Numbered from the stretch's first letter, positions 38,370-52,208 are shown. The stretch is 64,000 bases of DNA from Octopus sinensis (GCF_006345805.1 NC_042999.1:67642001-67706000), one strand, 5' to 3'. Program-made: numbers and translations. Notes: a model not told the origin generated them from the letters alone.

Positions 38370-40491
38370 TATATATCAGCTTAAGTGTAAAACATTAGGA
38401 GAGTACAGAGCATGATATTAATTAACAAATGACAAGAGAACAGGTGTGTGCATATGTAAATACAAATGTTTATGCAAATTTGCATATTTCTGGGTGTGGC
38501 TCCTCACCCTCAAACTGCATTACATTATTTATTTATAATTATATATATTTCTGAATGTAACCAATTCCATGCATTTAAATGCTTTACAAAATAAACATGG
38601 CACTTTATTTTAATGGCTCTAAGAAAGTTGCAGAACATTGCAAAAGCACTCAGCTCTGAGTGCACAGTTTTAACGGCAGAAACAACTGTAAGCTAATGAA
38701 GTTGATTTCAAGATGTCTGTTCCTTTGTCATTCATTAATAAATATATGTTTGTATATATATATATATATATATGTTCTAACCTTCACACTGATACATATT
38801 TTGATATTATGCCATTAACATACAGTAAAAACATGTGATACAAATCAACAGCAACATATATCTAACTATAATATATCAACAACATGGCTGAAGTAGGGGA
38901 AGAGAGAGAGACCTCTCAAGGGAGCATTTCTGGACCTTAAGTACAAAAATAGTCAGTTTTGTCACATATGTAATATAGCAAGCTGAAAAACAGTTTTTAA
39001 TAAATTGAAGATTATTCAGTGCCCCAGCATGGCTGCAGCCTCAAAGTTGAAACATATGAAAGAATATAACTAGTAAGAGTGTTTAAAATAAAAAGAAAAG
39101 GAAGGGAGATAACTCTAATAAAATCAGTGAATTGAAATACTTTGAAAAATAAAGATAATATAATTGAGAGAGAAAGAGTGGTTCTCGTTAAAGGGTTGCC
39201 CCATTAGTGTTTAAACCATCTACATCAGGCCTAAAATATTTTGCCTCTTTTATGTTCAAACTTGCTGGATCTGGCCTCTCACATCTACCCTACAATGTCA
39301 TTCTAAAATTAAACAATGACATCTTTGGAATCTTAAAGATATAAGATAATGCATGATTAATTCAAAATAATATGAATAAATAAGCATAACATTTGAGAGA
39401 TTAATATGAATGCTAAAAGATTAAAGCCAATGGAGATGTTTCTCTCTTATAAAACCTCCTCAGCTAAGCATATTTATTCAGTTGGCAGGACTTAAACAAG
39501 ATCAACTCACTATATTACATATGTGACAACCCCTAACATAATATAACAATACAGACATAGATAGAACATGATACAAGGCCCTAAACATACAGACAATTCT
39601 ATATGTACAGGAGCCAGTATATACATTATAAGAAGGTTGGTGTTGGGGATCATATAAACCATTTGAATAACATGTTGTTTAACATTTCCACAGATACCAA
39701 ATATTGGTCACATATATTGTCATGTACAATGGATGCTTACAACATGTCGATAGTACTACAATGTGTATATTGATGTATGCGTGTATATATTTGAAATATT
39801 ACTGTTGTTTATACAGTGTTGGTTTTATGTTTGGGTATGTAAGTATGCATGTATATGTATTTTATATATGCACATTCTACAGTGTGTATGAAAATGTATG
39901 TGCAATACATATATATATATATGTGTATATATACATACATATGAAGTATAAATAAGGATGTGTGCCTGTATTCTATATATATATATGTGTATACACACAT
40001 ATACTAATACATATAGTGTCTATACAAAGGGTTGTATGTGTGTATATGTATGGTCACATAAGGATTATATATATATATATACATATATTCATATATACAC
40101 ATACAAACACATATGTAAATATGTGTGTGTATGTAAATATATATATATATATATGTTCCTTATATTTATATGTCCCATTTTTTTTCAAGTCACTTTATTT
40201 TCAGTACAGAGTTTTCTGGGGGGAGTTTATGTGGTATTATTATTATTATTATTATTATTCTTTTTTAATATTTTCTAATATGACAACCAGTTGTGTGATA
40301 TCTATTTATTAGGACTTATTTATCTCATGCTAACAACCAGAAAAGTTTACATTTTCAGCTTACCACTTTGTATTCAATAAATACCTATCAATAACTAATA
40401 AATCTTATTGATTATTAGCAGTTTACAGAAATTGCAGTAGATATGATGTTTCCAATTTTTTTAATGATTTTTCTTTTTTTTTTTTACAAAG

Positions 40492-40557
40492 GAGATTAAG
40501 GATTTTAAAGATGCTATCCAGGATTGAAAGCTACTATCAAAAGTATAAGCTCGCCAA
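40492..40557 (+). CDS. Candidate exon (RLRILKMLSRIESYYQKYKLA, phase 2 to 2)
   Basis: Long T tract with AAG acceptor, GTATGT donor, 66 bp symmetric, open in one frame. No homology recognised. Confidence 0.3.
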
Positions 40558-42484
40558 GTATGTCTCCTCATGTTTTAGTATTCATCACAGTTATAGATAG
40601 CAGCAGTTATTTAGCAATAAGTCAGTCCTGATTCAACTTTGACCAAAGGCAATCAAACCATGACCATCCTGTCTTATTTTTACAAAATGTACTTTGGGCC
40701 TCATTCTCCAACATAGTCTCACATCTTTTCTTCTTTAAGGGGGTTTGAGGAATATTTGTTTCCTTTTTCTAACAGCCTGTATGATCATGTGGATGCTCCT
40801 TCATTGGCTCATGCATAACAATTAGATAACGGTTATCTCTGCAGAAGGCCACCATCTTTTGTTTAATTATATTAAGTCTATTTAATATCATTGCTGTTTA
40901 TGATTAACAAATCATTTATTTACGTATATATTTATTTATTCAGTGATATGAAGAGATAAATTGCCTAATTAATCTGATTAGCTATGATACAAGCTACTAA
41001 TTGCAGACAGTTAACACAAAGGTTATGAGCTAGAGAATGGTAACTATCTTTACTGTAGATTATTCCACTGAAGTTCATCTGTAATAGACTAGCATTCTAT
41101 CCAGGAGTGTTGAATTTCTCCCACATCCTTATAAGCAGTTAAATGTTTAAGGATAACTCCCTTATCTTGTAATTCCATAGATATTTCTGAAGGAACCTTA
41201 ATTTCAATTTTTCTGATTTCTTTTCCTTACTGACAGTTAACATACATTTTTCTATCCTCAGATAGGATGGATATGCATGTAAAGTAATTAATTAACATCA
41301 ATAAAATAATTAAGCGTCAGGCTAGTAATCAAAGTTGTCAGTAGTTCAAGTCTCATCAGTAGCACTGCAAAGCCAAATTTCCTTATATATAAGTGGGGAA
41401 TAGTTAATTTGAATGAAACTGTATAACTGGTTAGCCCACATTATTTCATAAGGAGCATAGGGCCAGTTTTGGTTTCCTGGTTTCTCTAGCATATACTTTC
41501 CTCTCTGGACAAGATGCTAGTCATTTTTGCCAGCTGAGTGGACCAGAGCAGCATGAAATGAAGTGTTTTGCTCAAGAACACAATATATCATCCCGCCCAG
41601 GAATCAAAATCACAATTTTATGATGAAGAGTCCAACACCCGAACCACTAAGCCATGCATCTCCACAAAACTACATAATAGCTTGTATATATTTCATTTTT
41701 ATTAGATTATTAATTTAACTCTGATAAAAAACTGAACTTGAAGTTCTGAGAATTGATAGAAAAAAAATAAAAATTGATTTTGATTATTATTCATGTTGCT
41801 GTTTAGCCCTAGGTCAGTCCTGATAGAGCATGCCTTTGATTTGATCAAAGGCATTCAAGTCATAGCCATATTGTCTTTTTGTATATCTAGAAGCAACATT
41901 GTTCAATGTGACCTCCAGCCACACCTTTTTTTAATAAGGTGATAAGGTTTGATTAGATGGAACTTGGCTGTTATTTCTAACAGGCTGGGCAACCACATTG
42001 AAGCACCTTGCTTGGCTCAAGTTTTCCAGTGTATATGTGCATGTGTGTTAGCATGTGTATGTGCGATTTGTGCAAGTACATGAGCTGTGACATTTGAATA
42101 GAAACAGAGAGAGTGCCTATGTTCTTGTTAAGCCACACATCAACTCTGACTGAAATGACCTATGAATAAAAGTGCTCTAGCCATGCCTATCCCATCTTTT
42201 CTTATATTAATGACTTCACTCTTCAAAGTGTCATTTTAAAAAAAAATCTAAGATGGTTGGGTGTATGTAATTTGAGAGGGAAATTTAGCTGTCATTTTTA
42301 GTGGGCTGGATGAATGCATAGAATTGTAGAATCACTCTTGTCAACACCTGAGCACTGCATGTATGTTCATTATTATAGTGAGTCAGAACAGAATGATAAG
42401 TTGAGCCCAGTATTCAATATGCTGCTTTGAAACAGCAATGGAAATTGACTGACCAAGCACAAAAGAGCAACGATTATATAATTT

Positions 42485-42568
42485 AGCCAATCAGAAAGAA
42501 AATAATCAATGTGATTGCTCTCTGGTTTCTAACTGTTTGTTAGTATTGGCCCATGTTACTATGGCAAC
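42485..42568. promoter_or_regulatory. RFX X-box with two CCAAT boxes
   Basis: GTTACTATGGCAAC (42555-42568) fits the GTYNCYATRGNAAC X-box. AGCCAATCAG at 42485-42494 and ATTGG at 42545-42549, all in unique sequence. Confidence 0.45.
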
Positions 42569-42814
42569 CACAGCAGTATATTGTTGTTTTACTTCCTCTC
42601 CCTCTCTCAGGTATATTCAATAGAAGAGACTAGGTATTATACAAACAAATTAAACTGAGTCATTAGGACAACAGCCTGTCAGCTGAACCATCAGCAGTTC
42701 AAATTTCACGCATGGCACTGAGCTACGTTCCTGGAAAAATATACCTAATACTCAAGTCTAATAAATCTAACTCCAAGTAGGTAGCATGAAATGTGTAATT
42801 GTTATAATACCTAC

Positions 42815-43190
42815 AGAAGTACAGTTCAATACTATAGGCAGTAATGGGTACTATGAAGAGGTACAGTGTAATACTAAAGACAGCATTAGGAGTCAGTGAG
42901 GTAATTTGATACTATAAGCAACAATAAGTACCTTGAAGAAGTACAGAGCTATCCTAAAGGCAGCCAATAAAGCATGGGAAAACACTATTTATTACAATAG
43001 GCAGCAATAGGTCCTATGTTCAGTTTAATACTATAAGCAGCTACAGTTTTCATAGGCAAATGCAGTTTATTACTATAAGTAACCTTAAATATGATAGAGA
43101 AGTAGAGCCTGATGCTATAGGGGGAATCATAGGCAGTATAGTTTAATGTTTTAAGAAGCTATAGGTACTATGTGGAGGCACTGTAGAATG
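42815..43190. repeat. Degenerate ~42 bp tandem repeat
   Basis: Recurring GTACAGTTTAATACTATAGGCAGC..GGTACTATG, about nine units. Confidence 0.7.
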
Positions 43191-44613
43191 TTAAAAATCA
43201 CAGGTCCAATGGATAATTTATGAACGTTTTGAGTTTACCATGCTGAATTCAAATTTCATCATGAGTATAAAAAAAATATCACAACAGGCAGGAATATGTA
43301 TTTCTGTAGATGAAAATGTTGGCTAACAGCAGTGGAAATGGGAATAAACTTCACATCTTATTTAGTACAAGGAAAGTCACCTTTAACCTTTTTAAAAAAA
43401 CCCAGCCGGTCTGCATTGAGGAGTTTGAAAGGCAGATAGATCTGAAGCAGATCTGGATCAGAGAAAGCAAGTTATTGATGAGGTTACAAATGTCAGCAAA
43501 AGGATTTTGACAACAAATGAATAATTAATTATATGGTTAAAGGCTTAACCAATTGACAAATAAAGGAGTGAAATAGAACCAGTGTGTGTTTATTATTGGC
43601 ATAACAACCCTCTCAAAATACAACCATATTATAATATTTGTCTTTTAGTAAAGAGAAATGGCAGTGCACATGACCATTTATAGGGCCTCCAAGACTAGAG
43701 AAGCTCAGGAAGGGAGGATGATGTCCTCAATCCTGAGGCTTTGCCTGAGTTGAGTCCACAAAGGATGTGCCAAGTGCCAGGCAGTGGTGTTAAACCAAGT
43801 TGGGGGTTAAGTCTACTACCTAAGTAGGCCATGGCAAGATTTGAACTCCTAATGTAAAGAGCTGGAACAAATACTGCCAGTTGATTACATCGGCCCCAGG
43901 GCTCAACTGATTTTTATTTCACAACCCTGAAAGGATGAAAGGCAAAGTTGACCTCAGGAGCATTTGAACTCAGAACATAAAGGCAGAAGAAACTCCGATA
44001 ACATTTTGTCCAGCATACTAACAATTCTAGCAGTCCATTGCTTTAATAATAATAATAATAATAATAATAATGTCTCTACTAAAAGCACGAGGCCTGAAAT
44101 TTGGTTGAAGGGGACTAGTTGATTACATCAACTCTGGTGTTTCACTGGTACTTAGTTTATTGACCCCAAAAGGATGAAAGATATTGACCTCAGCAGGATT
44201 TGAACTCAGAGCAAAAAGATGGATGTAATCCAGCTCAGCATTCTGTCTGGAACGCTAATGATTCTGCCAGCTTGCCACTTTTGAAAATCATATCAGGAGA
44301 TTTTAGTTGGTCAACAGTAACATAAAATATACCAAAATCTGATAATATTGAAAATTAACTGAAACCTGTAAGCTGTCTGTTTCTTAGAAATATAATTACG
44401 AAATAGTTCAGTGAATGGGATGTATACTAAGATCTTTGGTGAAAGAGAGGGCATTGAGAAAACAAAAATATATTAACCAGAGTTGATTAGGTTAGCCACT
44501 TCTTGTACATCCATTGATTATCTAGATAGAAGACCATAGATGTATGGATAGGAGGATATCAGATCAGCTGCTGAAGGAGTCATTACTTTGTTAGGGTTAC
44601 CACTACAGTTTAA

Positions 44614-44812
44614 CCCTTTAGCATTTAAACTGGCCACATCTGGCCCAAATCTTCCACCTATTTTATGCTAAAACTGACCAGATCAGGCCTCTCACACCTA
44701 CCTTGCAATGTCATTCTAAAATATAAAAGCTACAAGATAATTACAGGATTAGTTTTATAAAATGTGAATAAATAAGTATTACATTTGATTAAGTAATTTG
44801 AATACTAAAGGG
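44614..44812. mobile_element. piggyBac-type MITE family 2
   Basis: TTAA|CCCTTTAGCATT..AATACTAAAGGG|TTAA. Relatives at about 17140-17330, 39210-39425 and 57398-57959. Confidence 0.8.
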
Positions 44813-45393
44813 TTAATTATGAACAATCAAGTTCAAAACTAGCTGTAGGTAGATACCAAAAGATGACATAGTTCAGTCTCTGGTATTCACTTACAGTTGT
44901 TTACAAGGGTTGAGTCTGGTTTTACAAAGGATCTCAAGTACAAGGAAAGAGAACTAATAGAACCCTGCTCTTCACTTCAGTTGCATCACCACCATTCTAG
45001 AATGAACTAAAATCAACTGAAAAGCCCACACATACTATTACACACATTATTATTTTGGGTTCCTTGGTTGCCCCTGGGTGGTGTTTCCCTTTTATTGGGG
45101 AATTTTGTTAATTGTCATCGTTTACATGCATTTATATTAATCTCCACTGTTCTTTGTCTTTGAATTGTCCTAAATATTTTTGCAACCCCTTGTAGCCATT
45201 TAAGTATCATTATTATTATTATTATAGGTGGCAAGCTAGCAGAATCATTAGCATGCCAGGTGAAATGCTTACCAGTATTTCACCTGTCTTTATGTTCGGA
45301 GTTCAAATTCCACCAAGTTTGACTTTGCCTTTCATCCTTTCAGGGTCAATAAATTAAGTACCAGTTGTGTATTAGGGTAGATCTAATCAACTG

Positions 45394-45720
45394 TCCTTCC
45401 TAACACCAACCACTCCGTGAGAGTAGTGGGTGCTTTTACGTGCCACCGGCACGAGGGCCATTTAGGTGGTACTGGCAATGGCCACGCTCAAATTATTATT
45501 ATAATCATTAGAGTGGCAGTTGAAGTAGGCAAACTGACAGAATTATAAGATCATTGGAAAAATGCTATGCTCTATTTGTTCCAGCTATTTACATTCCTAG
45601 TTCAAATGCTGCCAGTGACAGTCGAGTACTGAAGCTGTCCCCTAAGAATTATTGTGCCTAAATTAGAAACAATTATCAGAGTGCCAAACAAAATATCTGG
45701 GAGTATTCAGTTATGTTTTT
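45394..45720 (+). repeat. Direct ~325 bp duplicate of 49459-49782
   Basis: About 90% identical by eye; includes unique flank as well as SINE pieces. Confidence 0.9.
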
Positions 45721-47381
45721 TTTTTCAATTCTGATTTTGAATCTTGCTGAGTTTAACTTTGCCATTTCATCCTTCTAAGATCAACAAAATAAATGCCAGC
45801 CAGATACTGGAACTGATATAATTTATCTACACCCTCCTCATCCCATAATTCTGGCTTTATAGCTACATTAGAAATATATTATTATTATTATTAGCTGTAG
45901 TTGGATAGTAAGCAGGTGAAAATACGAGAGCATCAGATAAAAGCTTAGTGTCATATCTTCTTGTTCTTCATGTTTTGAGTTCAATTACCATCAAAACCAA
46001 TTGTCTTTAATCCTCTTGAGTCAATAAAAGAAAGTACTAATTACTGGCCAAAACCTGAAACAGTTATTATTATTATTATATTATTTATCTTTCAGGGTTT
46101 AGTAAAATAAAGAACCAGTCAAGTACTGATGTTAATACATTCAACTGTTTTCTCTCCTACCTAACCATTTGGCCTATTTTAGAAAGAATAATGATGAAAA
46201 TAATAATCCTTTCTACTAAAGGTACAAGGCCTGAAATTTTTGGGAAGAGAGCTAGTTGATTACAATGACCCCAGTACATGACTGGTACTAAATTTATCAA
46301 TCCTAAAAAGATAAAAAGCAAAGTCGGCCTCAGTGGCATTTGAACTCAGAACATAAAGATAGACAAAATGCCCAATGCCCCTAAGCATTTTGTCTATGCC
46401 CCTAAGCATTTTGTCTAGCTTACTAACTATTCTGTCAGCATGCCGTCTTAATAACAATGATGATGATAATAATAATCATATTTGTAGTTGTCATTATTTT
46501 TATTGTTTACATGTGTCTCCACTGTCCTTTGTCACTAAGCATTTTGCCAGGTGTGTTAACAATTCTGCCAGCTCGTTACCTTAATAACGATGATTTCTAA
46601 TGTGGTTTTTTTTTTTTTTTTTGGAGGAAAGGGATCTGAACATAGATTTTATGCCCCCCTGTATTTAACAGGTACTTATCTATTTTATTACCTTTCTGCT
46701 CACATGCACTCAATAGGGTGAAAGGCAAAGCAAACCCTAGTATGATTTGAACCCAGAATGCTACGGGTCATATGTAAGTGCAACACAATATATCTGTCTG
46801 TCACTCTAATATTTCTGCTGCTTACTCCATCACCTCAACAATACGTAATTGTAAATAATTGAATAATACAATGAATATTTAAAATATTTACATATAAACT
46901 ATTTTATATAGGGCCACATTTTAAGGGGTTGGAGAAGTTAGTCAATTTAAATAGACCCTAGTATTTGACAGGTACTTTATTTCCTCAACCTCAGAAAGAT
47001 GAAAGGCAAAAATTCTTGAAATAACAGTATTTCTTTGTGCAAAGCATTTTTAGCAGAGAGCTCAATTAATATGATAAAGATTATTCTTGTTCAAAGCAAT
47101 AATATAATCAAATATGATGAATATCTGAAATTACTTGAATATATGGACATTGTTATTTATATTAAAATACATGTTAATAACTTATCTAGTTGCAAAGTAT
47201 TTCTGGTCACAACATAGCTCCCTTTTTTCAGAGGTGATGGTAAGGGCTATTTTGAGAGAACTAATCCCTTATTAGTTACCCATTGAAAGAATAATGAGAA
47301 ATAATGGAAAAAGGTGAAATTTTAAGAATTCTCTTGATCTTTCTCACTTGTAAGGGAAAACAAAAACAAACATTACTTTAA

Positions 47382-47838
47382 CCCTTTTGTTACCATATTT
47401 CTGTTGAGATGTTCTGTGTTTCTTCCAATTATTTTAAATATAACAAAGAATTTAGTAAAATAACTTGGTTATCATTAAGTTAGTGTTAGGAACATAAATT
47501 GTGATAAAGGTTTGGTGGAAGAGTTTAATTCAGAACTTATGAAACAAGACATTTGTACTACAGAGACAGAGCTGGTTTCAGCCAGGTTGGTCACGAAAGG
47601 GTTAAGAATTGTTTCTCTATTATATATTTTAACCCTTTTGTTACCATATTTCTTTTGAGATGCTCTGTGTTTCTTTCAATTAATTTTAAATATAACAAAA
47701 AATTTAGTAAAATAACATCGTTATCGTTAAGCTAGTGTTAGGAACATAAATTGTGACTGAGATTTGGTGGCAGATTTGAATACAAAACTTATGAAAACAA
47801 GACATTTATACTACAGAGCCAGGTTGGAAACGAAAGGG
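47382..47838. mobile_element. Two adjacent copies of piggyBac-type MITE family 1
   Basis: 47382-47601 and 47633-47838, each with TTAA on both sides. Confidence 0.9.
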
Positions 47839-50339
47839 TTAAAAAGGATACCAAAATCTGAAATCAATAAAACAATTTAAAACCAATTAACAGAAATGAG
47901 TATTAAATTTTTTTTTCTAATTTTGGCATAAAGCCAGGAATTTGAAGAGAAGGAACAACTTAATTATATCTACTCTAATGCATAACTAGTACTTATTTCA
48001 TCAACCCTGAAAGGATAAATGGCAAAGTTGACCTTGGTGGAATTAGAATGCAGACTATAAAAGAGCTGGAAGAAATACTATGAAGAATTTTAGCCAATGT
48101 GTTGACAATTGTGCCAATATTCTGCTCTTGTAATAATTCTTTCTATTGTTTATGCACAGCCAACAATTTTAGCAAGAGGGGTTCAAATACTCAAATGGAA
48201 CCTATTTTAATGACCCTGAAAGGATAAAAGGCAAAGTCAACCTGGGTGGAATTTGAACTCAGAAATATAAAGTGCTGGAAAAAATGCCACTAAGCATTCT
48301 GTCTGACATGCTAATGATTCAGCTCATTACCTTAATGAGTATTAATTAATAAGAAAATGTTCTGCACATACAACAAAATTACTTTCTTTATGAACCATTT
48401 TACCCACTGTTATTCATATATAATTAATATAAATTAGTATACATTCATGTACGTCTATTTTCGAGAGTTTGTTTAGATTATTATAATAATATGACTATCT
48501 AATCTAATTATTAATCAACCACTCAGCAATAATTAAGCTTTTGTTAATTACAATTCCACATCTAATTTTTCTTTTGTAGTCATTTGCATTGGATTGTTGT
48601 ACACATCTCTATAGTTAACATCTTTTGACGAGCACCTTAATTGGCACTTAACAAACATACACATAGTCATATACACACACGTGCATCTGCACACACACAC
48701 ACATGTAACAGTAAGGTAACTGGCATTCGGAAGGCCATCAAGCAGCAAAAATCATACCAAAATGAAATGAGACATTGGTTCTCTGCAAGAATTGGGTGGG
48801 GTTGGGTGGGAGAGTAGTAACTCCAAATAAGATCCGACCAGGATCATAATGCCATGTCCAATTTATGCTATCCTAAAACACAAGCATAAAATGATAATGA
48901 TGCTTGTTTTAAATATATTTTTCGATAGTTAATGTGCTCTCCACTAAATTTGCTTTGCATAAACTAATATTTTTGTTGTATCTATGACATATTATTCCTT
49001 AGCTAGCTGTCAATCCATCGCTTACAACAAGACGGGTTCCAGTTGATCTGTGGAATTAACAATAATGTGGCTGAGCACTCCACAGACATGTGTACCCTTA
49101 ATGTATTTCTCAGGCAGATTCAGAGTGACACAGAATATGACAGGGCTGGCCCTTTGAAATACAGGCACTACTCATTTTTGCCAAATGAGTGGACTGGAGC
49201 AACATGAAATAAAGTGTCTTGCTCAAGAACACAATGCATTGCTGGGAATTGAACTCACAACCTTGAGCCAAATACCCTAACCACTTAGCTGTGCACCTTC
49301 TTTACAATGCATTATCTCAAACTAATAATAATAATAATAATCATCATTTAATGTCTGCTTTCCATGCTAGCATGGGTTGGATGATTTGACTGAGGACTGG
49401 TGAACCAGAAGGCTGCACCAGGCTCCAATCTGATCTGGAAGATTTCTACAGCTAGATATCCTTCCTAACACCAACCACGCTGTGAGTGTAGTGGGTGCTT
49501 TTACATGCCACCAGCACGAGGGCCAGTTAGGTGGTACTGGCAATGGCCATGCTCAAATTATTATTATTATTAGAGTGGCAGTTGAAGGAGGCAAGCTGAC
49601 AGAATCATAAGATCATTGGAAAAATGCTATGCTCTATTTGTTCCAGCCATTTACATTCCTAGTTCAAATGCTGCCAGTGCCAGTCAAGTACTGAAGTCGC
49701 CCCCTAAGAATTATTGTGCTTATATTAGAAACAATTATCAGAGTGCCAAACAAAATGTCTGGGAGTATTCAGTTATGTTTTTAATTATTTTCTTTAATGT
49801 TGATTTTGGATTTTCTATAAAATCCATAAGTGAAATCTTGAAGTTTCAACTTCTTCCATAGGTTCTTTGTATTCCATCACTGAGTCACATATATATATAT
49901 GTGTGTGATTAATTCTCCTATGGTAACCTTTATGTTTTGCTTTTCATTTTTTGTTGTCACTAATGAATAGAGAAGCTTCAGACCAATTTACTGCTGCTGT
50001 GACAGGAAAGGCTTTATCTGGATAAAATAATAATAATAATAATACATGTATGTATAATATACACATTATGTGTTTACATGTTATTCCATGGGACGACAAA
50101 GTCGAAGAAGCTATGTCCAGCCACTTAGAATAAAGAACTCAGATAAGTCTGAGAGTAAATGCACATTTAATCCATAATCATTAGTCCGACAAAATATATG
50201 TTGTTGGACTAATGGTTTTGGATTAGATGCTTATATGTTTCCATATATATAATGGTGTCTCTATTTTCAAGTATTCTCCATTTTAGCTCATTCTCTTTAA
50301 GACATTTAATATGTGTATGTATGTATGAATATGTATGTG

Positions 50340-50379
<40 letters not shown>

Positions 50380-50661
50380 GTACAAGTTCATGAACCAGAC
50401 GGTCACTATTAAAAGAAGGTACTCAAAAGTTTTTGGTTCTGAGAAGTTACATTTGCTGGAATTATTTTGTAACAATCTGCAGATGTGTTTCAATAATTTT
50501 TAAATATTATCAAGGAATAATATTACCTTGATAATGACTGGGTGGAAACACTTTCAAACACCTCTGATCACAAATAAATCGTGCTTTATCTCGTCTTTCT
50601 TACATTCATTTAATACAGTAGTACTTTCGTTTATGAATGCCTCTGATCATGAATATATATA

Positions 50662-51093
50662 TAATCAAAGTAAGCAACAAGGATATCCAGAGGTAATGCA
50701 GTACGATCGTTTCATGTGACTCCATTTAATTGAAAAATGCAAACATTACATCAATTTAAAATGTAGAGCAATCTTCAGCTGCATAAAAATATAGAATTTG
50801 GTTAAATTCGAAGGATTCATTTGTATAGTTTTCTTTTTATCCAAAAGTTACAACTGTGATGTTGTTGATAAAACATGTTCTTTGTCTATCTACTTATCCT
50901 CTTTGTGGCTTTTGATAAAAAGAAAACTATATAAATGAATCCTTCAAATTTAACTAAATTCTATATTTTTATGCAACTGAAGATTGCTCTACATTTTAAA
51001 TTGATGTAATGTTTGCATTGTTCAATTAAATGGAGTCACATGAAACAATCGTACTGCATTACTTCTGGATATGCTTGTTGCTTACTTTGATTA
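50662..51093. mobile_element. Foldback MITE with ~185 bp TIRs and TA TSD
   Basis: TA|TAATCAAAGTAAGCAACAAG..CTTGTTGCTTACTTTGATTA|TA. Confidence 0.9.
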
Positions 51094-51576
51094 TAATCAC
51101 CCCATTTTGAATTGTATGGATAATGCCATACTAAATTCTGGTGCCTTTAACTTAAGTACCATATTCAGCTGAATCTAAATTTGAATGAACTTATATATAT
51201 ATATATATATATATATTTATGAAGCATGATTTATGATCAGAGATGCTCAAAAACTGAGGTACTGCTGTAGTTCCAATACACACACATACACATGGACACA
51301 AATTGAAATTTGAGACACCACACACATTCAGAGACATCTTAGTACCATTATATATGATCTTGGGCAAAACAGTACCTTGGGCCCAAATAGTATTTATTCA
51401 TTGATAGTAAGAGTAAGCCACAACATACATAGATCAAAATTGGTACCCTAGACCTGTGAAACTCCTGGTCAGCTTTCCCATGCCTTCAGATGGCACTGAT
51501 CACACCATTGTCTCAGAGTTTTGTGAAACAATAGGAGGACTCCGATTTATATATATACATATATATACACTTTTCC

Positions 51577-51785
51577 TTGTTTCAGTAACTTTGACTGTGG
51601 CCATGCTGGAGCACCACCTTTAGTCGAGCAAATTGACCCCAGGTCTTATCCTTTGTAAGTCTAGTACTTATTCTATCGGTCTCTTTTGCCGAACCGCTAA
51701 GTTACGGGGATGTAAACACACCAGCATCGGTTGTCAAGCGATATTGGGGGGACAAGCACAGACACACAAACATATACACACACTC

Positions 51786-51856
<71 letters not shown>

Positions 51857-52030
51857 TATATATATATGACGGGTTTTTTCAGTTTCCATCTATGAAATCC
51901 ACTCACAAGGCTTTGGTCAGCCCAAGGCTATAGTAGAAGACACTTACCCAAGGTGCTACGCAGTGGGAATGAACCCGGAACATGTGTTTGGTAAGCAAGC
52001 TACTTACCACACAGCTACTCCTGCGCCTAT
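51577..52030 (-). mobile_element. SINE family B, full length
   Basis: Homology to 7120-7500. Confidence 0.85.
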
Positions 52031-52208
52031 ATATTTATTTATTCTACTGTATGTATTGAGTACCTTTTCCTAACAGTTGAAAATACAAACATATACATAT
52101 ATATCTTAGAGAGAAAGAGAGAGAGAGGCGAGTCTTCTTAGCAGAAGTTGATGAGACAAACATTTAGATTAATCTCAATGATTTTTCATTGACTGATCAA
52201 TTATGTGG

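Noticed and set aside
19905-40312. Many ORF-track entries rich in C/V/Y/I/H/T (e.g. 20473-20872, 24209-24544, 37421-38214, 39958-40312)
   Set aside because: They are translations of (TG)n, (TA)n and (TACA)n tracts or minisatellites.
41050-41300. Protein-like minus frame (KEIRKIEIKVPSEISMELQDKG..)
   Set aside because: Flanked by stops, lacks a usable acceptor, and has no recognised homology.
29232-43190. Periodic arrays superficially like CRISPR
   Set aside because: They are degenerate tandem units without unique spacers, in a eukaryotic context with no cas genes.
43310-43510. 66-aa plus-strand ORF after a TAG acceptor
   Set aside because: No homology, no donor, and a length within chance expectation.
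44895-44996. Minus-strand segment with good acceptor and GTAAGT donor
   Set aside because: Stops in all frames; no other support.
51485-51535. CTGATCA..GAAAC hammerhead-like spacing
   Set aside because: The core is mismatched and no stems I or II can form.
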